Origin: a virus
Length of the DNA stretch: 64,000 bases
Reading direction: 5' to 3' (one strand)
IMG/VR virus record: IMGVR_UViG_3300035208_003507
Coordinates: 1,080-65,079 of that record
Of the stretch, positions 58,601-64,000 are shown one piece after another. The notes beneath the pieces were generated by a model, which did not search any database, was not told the origin of the DNA, and was given only the letters and a program-made list of their open reading frames with translations. How positions within the stretch are numbered: position 1 is the first letter of the stretch; every line of letters starts with the position of its first letter. A program made the position numbers and the translations under genes.

Positions 58601-61600
58601 CCCAGTGGCTATTCGGGCTACTGCGGACTCAGTGGATATTCCGGCTATAGTGGTTCAGGGATTAGTGGTTACTCAGGCTATTCTGGAATTAGCGGTTATT
58701 CAGGTTTCAGTGGGCGTTCCGGCTACAGTGGATTTAGCGGAAAGTCAGGTTATTCTGGCTACTCAGGCTCGGGTATATCCGGGTATAGTGGATATAGCGG
58801 AAAGAGTGGGTACAGTGGTTTCTGCGGTCTCAGTGGTTACTCCGGTTCCGGAGTCTCTGGTTATTCCGGCTTCTGTGGTCTATCTGGTTACTCCGGCTAT
58901 TGCGGGCTCTCTGGATACAGTGGGTATTCCGGCAGTGGCGTGTCGGGCTATTCCGGATTCTCTGGCAAGAGCGGCTATTCCGGATTCTCTGGCAAGAGCG
59001 GATACTCAGGGTATTGCGGCTTGTCTGGATATTCAGGATCGGGCTTGAGTGGCTATTCGGGTTTCTCCGGTTCTGGAGTCTCTGGTTATTCTGGATTTAG
59101 TGGAGTATCAGGATGGTCCGGTTATTGTGGTCTGTCTGGCTATTCTGGATACTCTGGCTCGGGTATTTCAGGCTACTCTGGATTTTCTGGATCAGGTGTT
59201 AGCGGTTATTCAGGGTTTAGTGGCAAGTCGGGATACTCTGGCTATTGCGGGTTATCAGGCTATAGCGGTTTCTCAGGTTCTGGACTTAGTGGTTACTCTG
59301 GATTCTCAGGTCCATCTGGGTATTCGGGTTACTGTGGTCTCTCAGGCTACTCAGGATTTTCCGGTAGCGGTCTATCTGGTTACTCTGGATTTTCAGGTAA
59401 GAGTGGCTACAGCGGATTCAGTGGAAAATCTGGCTACAGCGGATTCAGTGGACTAAGTGGTTATAGTGGATATTCGGGCAGCGGCGTTTCTGGTTACTCA
59501 GGATATTCAGGTAAAAGTGGTTATAGTGGATGGTCTGGTTACAGTGGTATTTCAGGTTACTCTGGAGCTTTTGCTGGAACAGGTACTAGTGGATATATTG
59601 CGAAATTTACCGGGGCCAGTAGTCTTGCTAATAGCCCCTTATATACGGACGGGACTAATACAGGGATAGGTACGACTCAACCAAACAATTTATTTGAGGT
59701 TAAAGGTCTTATTAGTTTTGACGATACTAATAGAAACAGTTATCTTGGTACGGGGATTGCATATTCTGGCTATGACAATACTTCTGCCGGGTACAGAACA
59801 CTAAGAACTCTCACCACAGGATTCCACAATACTGCTGTTGGAAGAGATGCTCTTGGAGGAGTTACTACTGGCTATGGCAATACTGCCGTAGGTCTACGTG
59901 CAGGAGCAAACGTCAATGGTGGAGATGGCAATCCAATCAGCCCCATGACAGGTAGCTACAACACATCCATTGGATTAGATGCCCTTAACCGAAACGTTGC
60001 TGGGAATTACAACACAGCTGTTGGTTGGGACGCTATGTTCGGCAGTACTGGAGGAGACTATAATATCGGGATAGGAGTTTCATCACTATCATATAACAGA
60101 ATAGGTAGTAATAATATAGCTATCGGACAAAATGCCGGAGACCAGGGTTCCTCTGGTTATAATATGATTACGATTGGAGCATATGCGGGATATAGTGGTT
60201 ACTCTGGTTACGATTCGATTCTTATAGGTGCCAACACAGGAACATCAAATACAGCCTCACATAATGTAATTGCTATTGGTACAGGAGTCCATGCAACAAA
60301 AAGTAATCAGACAGTTATAGGTAATTCATCTATAGTCGAAGCCCAGATTGTCAGTCAGCACACAATTCTTACAGGTGCTCAGTCACTAACCGAACTCCCC
60401 CTCAATGACTTTGCCACAAATGGTCCGTTAAGTGGCAATCCAGCTGATACAGTTGGAAAGTATTCTAGTTTCAATATTAATCAAACCACTACCGGCATTA
60501 CAATATATATGCCATCAGGCCCATATAATGGTCAGATATGCTATATAAACAATGTAGGATCAGTAGCATTTACAATGCTTGGAACTTCTATCGCCCCTGG
60601 TTCAGGAATTATTGTTAAATGCGCCAATGGCTCGTGGCAATTAGTACTAGGAGATAATTCTGGATACACAGGTGTCTTCTTACCTCTAGCCGGTGGGACG
60701 ATGAGTGGCACTATCGCAATGGGTGGTCAGCAAATCACAGGAATTGCTGATGGGGTTAACCCGCAAGATGCCTCAACTTTTATTCAATCAGCTTCCTATC
60801 TACCAAACTTATCGTTAATAACTACCCCCCAATATAGTGGTACAACCTGGACTGACCTCGTTGCTGGAGATAAAAATTGGAGAGGTATTACCAGCCAAGC
60901 TGGAGTACTATACGCCACGGTAGTTGGTGGTAGTATTTGGAAAAGTACTGATAATGGGGTCAGCTGGACAGATTTGGTTACGGGGGATAAAGACTGGGTT
61001 GGAATCACCTCACAATCCGGAGTACTGTATGCAACGGTGTATGGTGGTAGTATCTGGTCCAGCACAAATAATGGAGTGACGTGGACTGACCTTGTTGCTG
61101 GAGATAAAAACTGGTACGGAATCACCTCACAATCCGGAGTGTTGTATGCAACGGCGTATGGTGGTAGTATCTGGTCCAGCACAAATAATGGAGTGACGTG
61201 GACTGACCTTGTTGCTGGAGATAAAAACTGGTACGGAATCACCTCACAATCCGGAGTGTTGTATGCAACGGCGTATGGTGGTATCTGGTCCAGCACAAAT
61301 AATGGAGTGACCTGGACTGACCTTGTTGCTGGAGATAAAAACTGGTACGGAATCACCTCACAATCCGGAGTGTTGTATGCAACGGCGTATGGTGGTATCT
61401 GGTCCAGCACAAATAATGGAGTGACGTGGACTGACCTTGTTGCTGGAGATAAAAACTGGTACGGAATCACCAGCCAAGCCGGAGTACTGTATGCTACGGT
61501 GGTAAATGGTAGTATCTGGTCCAGTTCAGACGACAGCCTACTTGTATACTCTAGAGTAAATTCAGCCAACAGACAAGTATCATTAACTGGTCTACAAACA

Positions 61601-62953
61601 AGTCTTTTTGGGGGTCCTGTTAATTTTACAACAAATGTCGGAATTAACAATTCTCCCGCACTCTATGATTTGCATATAGGTAGAAAAACAGCTTCAATAG
61701 AGTGTGTTGTAGTTGGGGGTGCACTTTCCGGATCAGACCTTTTCAGTCATGCATATAAGGATGAAACTGTTTTTGAAAGTCTGACAACGGGGGCCTATTC
61801 TTCAATAGATTCAATTCCAGTAATGCAGGGCGCACTTAATGAGTACAATCACTTTTATTCGTTCCAGTCTCGACTTATTTACAATGGAACAGGTGCCCTT
61901 GATACCATGTCGAGTTTTGTTAGTTATCCAAATTTTTATGGTACAGGAGAAGTAACTAACTTTCACGGACTTCATGTATATAATCCAACCGTAACATCTA
62001 CAGGAGGAATAACTAACCTTTATGGCGTACTAATTAATACACTTAACAAAGGGGATAACAACTGGTCAGTATATACGGGAACCGCAAAGTCTTATTTTGG
62101 AGGAGCAGTTGACGTTGTTGGTGATCTCACGGCCATTGGAAACAGTCTCAAGTTTGGTACTAATATAAAAACCTTTCTATCCTCAGATGGACAGGCAATA
62201 TACCTGTCGTCTGGTACAGATAATGTATATATATCTCCAAATAACACTTATAGATTCGTTATGTCTACAGATGGTCTTTCAATAAATAACGGTGCAAATG
62301 CATCTGGTTCAGGAAATGGCTTAATCGTAGCAAGTGGCAGAGTTGGCATCGGAACAACTGCTCCAGATAAACAAATAGAAATAAACGCGACTAATGGAGA
62401 TTGTCTTCGGTTAACTCATGGTGATGCGAATGGCTCGGCTGCTAACTGTGCTGATTTTGCTGTCGCTTCATCAGGTTATCTGGTTATCGCCTCATCGGGT
62501 GCTACAACATTACTTTCAGATAGCTTAGGAATTGGGGGGACAGGAGAGTTAGATGCTAAATTACAAGTTGTTTCAGACTGTACTGCAACCAATTTTGTAA
62601 ACGGATACTCTCATTTCCAAATAAATGGGAGTACAGATGATACTAAAAACTTCTTAATAGGATTTGAGACAGATAATAACTATGCTTTTATGCAAACCCT
62701 AGACAGAGGATATGCCTGGGGAGTTTACAGTATAGCTTTGCAACCAGCGGGGGGTAATGTTGGGATAGGAATTTCTAACCCAAATACAAGCGCTATCCTA
62801 GACTTAACTTCAACAACTAAAGCTTTTATGCCACCTAGAATGACAACTACACAAAGAGACAATATTGCATCTGCTACGGAAGGCATGGTTATATATAACA
62901 TTACAACGCATGTTCTTAACTTTCATAATGGAACAGTATGGGGTGCGGTTTAA
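52625..62953 (+). CDS. Giant tail/capsid fibre: (S/C)-G-(Y/F) collagen-like blocks, YadA-head-like repeats, Asp-box propeller and trimeric fibre C-terminus
   Basis: 3442-aa ORF; Gly at nearly every third residue over two blocks; NTAVG..AL repeats; six SxxNGxxW repeats; VGIG..P repeats; FMPPRMTTTQR..I...EGMVIYN C-terminus. Confidence 0.8.
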   Translation: MPQVQWTPVRSLSNTYSGYSGYSGFGVSGYSGLSGYSGGTGSNGTSGYSGFSGEPGQSYPGESGYSGYSGQDGVIGKDGASGYSGSGISGYSGFSGIGYSGFSGYSGQDGLASSSGYSGYSGSGLSGYSGYSGISGWSGYSGISGYSGFSGKSGYSGFCGLSGYSGFSSPSGYSGYSGLSGYSGYSGLSGYSGYSGSGLSGYSGYSGSGTSGYSGYSGISGYSGFSGLSGYSGFSGKSGYSGYSGISGWSGYCGLSGYSGFSGPSGYSGYCGLSGYSGYSGSGVSGYSGYSGSGLSGYSGYSGSGLSGYSGFSGNSGYSGYCGLSGYSGFSGISGWSGYSGISGYSGFCGLSGYSGFSGPSGYSGYCGLSGYSGFSGPSGYSGFSGLSGYSGFCGLSGYSGFSGPSGYSGYCGLSGYSGFSGKSGYSGFCGLSGYSGFCGLSGYSGFSGSGVSGYSGFSGSGLSGYSGFSGSGVSGYSGYSGLSGYSGYSGLSGYSGYCGLSGFSGLSGWSGFSGKSGYSGFSGPSGYSGFSGLSGYSGYSGSGVSGYSGYSGFCGLSGYSGFSGPSGYSGFCGLSGYSGFSGPSGYSGFSGLSGYSGFSGKSGYSGFSGLSGYSGFSGPSGYSGYCGLSGYSGYSGSGVSGYSGFSGSGVSGYSGFCGLSGYSGYCGLSGYSGFSGSGVSGYSGFSGKSGYSGYSGLSGYSGFSGPSGYSGYSGKSGYSGFSGSGLSGYSGYSGSGISGYSGYCGLSGYSGPSGYSGYCGLSGYSGFCGLSGYSGFSGKSGYSGFCGLSGYSGYSGPSGYSGYCGLSGYSGYSGSGVSGYSGYSGFSGLSGYSGFSGSGLSGYSGFSGLSGYSGFCGLSGYSGFCGLSGYSGFSGKSGYSGFSGPSGYSGYSGLSGYSGYSGPSGYSGSGVSGYSGYSGISGYSGYCGLSGYSGYSGSGISGYSGFSGKSGYSGYSGISGYSGFCGLSGYSGYSGSGVSGYSGYSGKSGYSGFSGPSGFSGYCGLSGYSGFSGSGVSGYSGFCGLSGYSGFSGISGWSGYCGLSGYSGYSGSGLSGYSGFCGLSGYSGFSGKSGYSGFCGLSGYSGVSGSGLSGYSGFSGSSGYSGYCGLSGYSGYSGKSGYSGLSGYSGFSGKSGYSGYSGYCGLSGYSGFSGLSGYSGYCGLSGYSGYSGSGVSGYSGYSGSGTSGYSGFSGISGYSGFSGLSGYSGYSGSGISGYSGYSGSGVSGYSGFCGLSGYSGYCGLSGYSGFCGLSGYSGFSGKSGYSGYCGLSGYSGFSGKSGYSGFCGLSGYSGFSGISGYSGASGNLSLYVPYTGATGTVNLGAQALTTTGAITGGSLTGTYIYGGNFETGYLATHPEAPGVVLPYIENDIAFLLTKGYTCSIYTTDSVDYTQLTLNNTGTISTTPTNCFDGKPTYFQFTVGATTDVVVIDITCPSFSWGSIVYIDYGSAYWRAKDTSLYLWRDSVLNTEQVYRLLSASTNVPVGHKYNSVSYHWNNGSTTQYDFNRIRYIITNFNVTTPRIAQIGVVNFNSAGLSNTHLNLGGGTMYGQIASVVATGTSPLSVASTTVNTNLNADLLDGHHWSEISTISGYSGYSGFSGKSGYSGYSGISGWSGYSGISGYSGYSGPSGYSGYCGLSGYSGYSGSGLSGYSGFSGKSGYSGFSGISGYSGYCGLSGWSGYSGLSGYSGYCGLSGYSGFSGKSGYSGFCGLSGYSGFSGKSGYSGFCGLSGYSGYSGLSGYSGYSGSGLSGYSGFSGSGLSGYSGYSGFSGPSGYSGYCGLSGYSGYSGSGLSGYSGFSGKSGYSGYCGLSGYSGFSGPSGYSGYCGLSGYSGYSGSGISGYSGYSGKSGYSGYSGPSGYSGFSGLSGYSGYCGLSGYSGYSGSGLSGYSGFSGKSGYSGFSGPSGYSGYCGLSGYSGYCGLSGYSGYSGSGLSGYSGFSGKSGYSGFCGLSGYSGYSGSGVSGYSGFSGSGVSGYSGFCGLSGYSGFSGPSGYSGYCGLSGYSGYSGSGISGYSGYSGISGYSGFSGRSGYSGFSGKSGYSGYSGSGISGYSGYSGKSGYSGFCGLSGYSGSGVSGYSGFCGLSGYSGYCGLSGYSGYSGSGVSGYSGFSGKSGYSGFSGKSGYSGYCGLSGYSGSGLSGYSGFSGSGVSGYSGFSGVSGWSGYCGLSGYSGYSGSGISGYSGFSGSGVSGYSGFSGKSGYSGYCGLSGYSGFSGSGLSGYSGFSGPSGYSGYCGLSGYSGFSGSGLSGYSGFSGKSGYSGFSGKSGYSGFSGLSGYSGYSGSGVSGYSGYSGKSGYSGWSGYSGISGYSGAFAGTGTSGYIAKFTGASSLANSPLYTDGTNTGIGTTQPNNLFEVKGLISFDDTNRNSYLGTGIAYSGYDNTSAGYRTLRTLTTGFHNTAVGRDALGGVTTGYGNTAVGLRAGANVNGGDGNPISPMTGSYNTSIGLDALNRNVAGNYNTAVGWDAMFGSTGGDYNIGIGVSSLSYNRIGSNNIAIGQNAGDQGSSGYNMITIGAYAGYSGYSGYDSILIGANTGTSNTASHNVIAIGTGVHATKSNQTVIGNSSIVEAQIVSQHTILTGAQSLTELPLNDFATNGPLSGNPADTVGKYSSFNINQTTTGITIYMPSGPYNGQICYINNVGSVAFTMLGTSIAPGSGIIVKCANGSWQLVLGDNSGYTGVFLPLAGGTMSGTIAMGGQQITGIADGVNPQDASTFIQSASYLPNLSLITTPQYSGTTWTDLVAGDKNWRGITSQAGVLYATVVGGSIWKSTDNGVSWTDLVTGDKDWVGITSQSGVLYATVYGGSIWSSTNNGVTWTDLVAGDKNWYGITSQSGVLYATAYGGSIWSSTNNGVTWTDLVAGDKNWYGITSQSGVLYATAYGGIWSSTNNGVTWTDLVAGDKNWYGITSQSGVLYATAYGGIWSSTNNGVTWTDLVAGDKNWYGITSQAGVLYATVVNGSIWSSSDDSLLVYSRVNSANRQVSLTGLQTSLFGGPVNFTTNVGINNSPALYDLHIGRKTASIECVVVGGALSGSDLFSHAYKDETVFESLTTGAYSSIDSIPVMQGALNEYNHFYSFQSRLIYNGTGALDTMSSFVSYPNFYGTGEVTNFHGLHVYNPTVTSTGGITNLYGVLINTLNKGDNNWSVYTGTAKSYFGGAVDVVGDLTAIGNSLKFGTNIKTFLSSDGQAIYLSSGTDNVYISPNNTYRFVMSTDGLSINNGANASGSGNGLIVASGRVGIGTTAPDKQIEINATNGDCLRLTHGDANGSAANCADFAVASSGYLVIASSGATTLLSDSLGIGGTGELDAKLQVVSDCTATNFVNGYSHFQINGSTDDTKNFLIGFETDNNYAFMQTLDRGYAWGVYSIALQPAGGNVGIGISNPNTSAILDLTSTTKAFMPPRMTTTQRDNIASATEGMVIYNITTHVLNFHNGTVWGAV
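52667..56540 (+). repeat. SGY/SGF/CGL triplet repeat block 1 (about 1290 aa)
   Basis: Direct translation; synonymous codons are highly varied. Confidence 0.9.
57398..59567 (+). repeat. SGY/SGF/CGL triplet repeat block 2 (about 720 aa)
   Basis: Direct translation. Confidence 0.9.
60838..61525 (+). repeat. Six tandem 114/117-bp coding repeats (Asp-box propeller blades)
   Basis: TWTDLVAGDKNWYGITSQSGVLYATAYGG(S)IWSSTNNGV units; the central copies are nearly identical in DNA. Confidence 0.9.
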
Positions 62954-62962
62954 TAATTATAC

Positions 62963-62991
62963 TTGACAATACACCCATATAGGGCTATAAT
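62963..62991 (+). promoter_or_regulatory. Consensus sigma70 promoter
   Basis: TTGACA-17 nt-TATAAT, an exact consensus. Confidence 0.85.
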
Positions 62992-63022
62992 AATAACTAT
63001 TAATTAAAAGGATACACCACTT

Positions 63023-63226
63023 ATGGCACAGCCAAAGAAAACTACTGACTATACCGAGATAGAACTTAAAGCAATTAAATGTGATCACTATGAATTGATC
63101 CAGAGCTTACAAAACGAGATTGCTGCCATTAATAATGAGTTAGGGCATAGAGCTAACCTCCGAACTCCTGTTATTCCTCCTGTTATTCCTCCCCCGTCTA
63201 CCTCTTCAACTAATACAAAACCCTAA
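63023..63226 (+). CDS. Small coiled-coil protein with Pro-rich tail
   Basis: AAGGA RBS; heptad pattern; PVIPPVIPPP. Confidence 0.55.
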   Translation: MAQPKKTTDYTEIELKAIKCDHYELIQSLQNEIAAINNELGHRANLRTPVIPPVIPPPSTSSTNTKP

Positions 63227-63239
63227 ATAGGAAAGTGTA

Positions 63240-64000
63240 ATGAAAGTTTCCGTCGTTATCCCCAGTTTTAACCACTGTTCTGATCTACTCCAACCCTGTC
63301 TTGAATCCATCAAACAATATACCGATCTATCTGATATAGAGATTATAGTTGTAGCCAATGGATGCAAGGATAATACCAGAGAATACGTCGAAAGCATGGG
63401 TTACCCTTTCAAACTAGTATGGCTTGAAGAACCCTCGGGCTACACTCGTTCTACCAATGAGGGGATAAAGGTGGCTACTGGCGAATACATCGTTATGCTT
63501 AATAACGATACTATTCTTCAAGAACAAGTGAGACATACTTGGATTAATCGTTTAGTAGAACCATTCGAGACAGATGAGAGAATGGGAATTACTGGGCCAA
63601 TGAAAACATATTGCCCCATGGCTCAAAGGGACTTCCTTATTGGATTTTGTGTATGCACGAAACGAGAATTACTAATAAGGTTCGGCCTACTTGATGAAAT
63701 CTTTGCCCCTGGTTATGGAGAGGATACCGACTACTGCTGCAAACTAGAAGATGCTGGGTATAAGATCCACTCTGTATGTGAGAATACGTCATATTCCGGC
63801 CCCAATAGAATGGTTGGCGACTATCCTATATATCATATAGGGAATGTTACCTTTAAAAACTGGGTGGGCGGAGAAAGACTTCTAGCCCATAATAACGAGA
63901 TTCTTCACCAACGTTACGCAAAAAGCAAACCAGATATCAATAAGGCCCGCAATTGTGATGGGTATATGACAGACCAAGAACTTAGATGGCTAGGCACGGA
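63240..64000 (+). CDS. GT2-family glycosyltransferase (3'-truncated; possibly fused to a methyltransferase)
   Basis: Not in the ORF track. MKVSVVIPSFN...IIVVANGCKD...NEGIKVATGEYIVMLNNDT...GLLDEIFAPGYGEDTDYC; the frame stays open to the window end (…CDGYMTDQELRWLG). Confidence 0.85.
   Translation, partial: MKVSVVIPSFNHCSDLLQPCLESIKQYTDLSDIEIIVVANGCKDNTREYVESMGYPFKLVWLEEPSGYTRSTNEGIKVATGEYIVMLNNDTILQEQVRHTWINRLVEPFETDERMGITGPMKTYCPMAQRDFLIGFCVCTKRELLIRFGLLDEIFAPGYGEDTDYCCKLEDAGYKIHSVCENTSYSGPNRMVGDYPIYHIGNVTFKNWVGGERLLAHNNEILHQRYAKSKPDINKARNCDGYMTDQELRWLGT

Noticed and set aside
52667..59567. Ice-nucleation protein
   Set aside because: Lacks the AGYGSTxT 8/16-residue periodicity; the repeat here is a 3-residue Gly period.
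60838..61525. CRISPR array or DGR template/variable repeat
   Set aside because: The units are contiguous in-frame coding repeats with no unique spacers. The differences do not appear adenine-specific, and no reverse transcriptase or cas gene is in the window.
52929..61650. Many alternative-frame and antisense ORFs in the fibre gene (e.g. 54579-54911, 58596-59048, 60796-61650)
   Set aside because: By-products of low-complexity and tandem repeats; they fully overlap the 3442-aa ORF.
1..64000. Alternative genetic code (stop reassignment)
   Set aside because: Very long ORFs are intact in the standard code, and TAA, TAG and TGA all end genes at sensible boundaries.

Overview
The window is the virion-morphogenesis module of a large contractile-tailed bacteriophage (or prophage), almost all on the + strand and in the standard genetic code. 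Gene order: portal fused to a MuF-like domain, prohead protease/scaffold, decoration protein, major capsid protein, neck genes, tail sheath, three tail-tube paralogs, two tail-chaperone paralogs, a tape-measure-like protein, a large hub, gp25/J-like baseplate genes, paralogous baseplate/fibre genes, a 3442-aa fibre with about 2000 residues of (Ser/Cys-Gly-Tyr/Phe) triplets, and a GT2 glycosyltransferase that runs off the window. The main finding is the 1239-aa ORF (22237-25956) between the tape measure and the hub. It carries, in one chain and in the correct order, the motifs of a two-barrel (double-psi beta-barrel) RNA polymerase (GTK...RK, RHP, GDVDQD) plus a C-terminal hydrophobic helix, which suggests a tail-delivered virion RNA polymerase. 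Other notable items: a tRNA-Ala split by an HNH gene that arrives with an intact replacement tRNA-Ala, an HNH gene with an 18-bp hairpin over its start region, a recurrent GTTA(T/G)AATATA promoter-like motif, and an antisense secreted-protein moron. All functional calls come from reading motifs by eye; no database searches were run.
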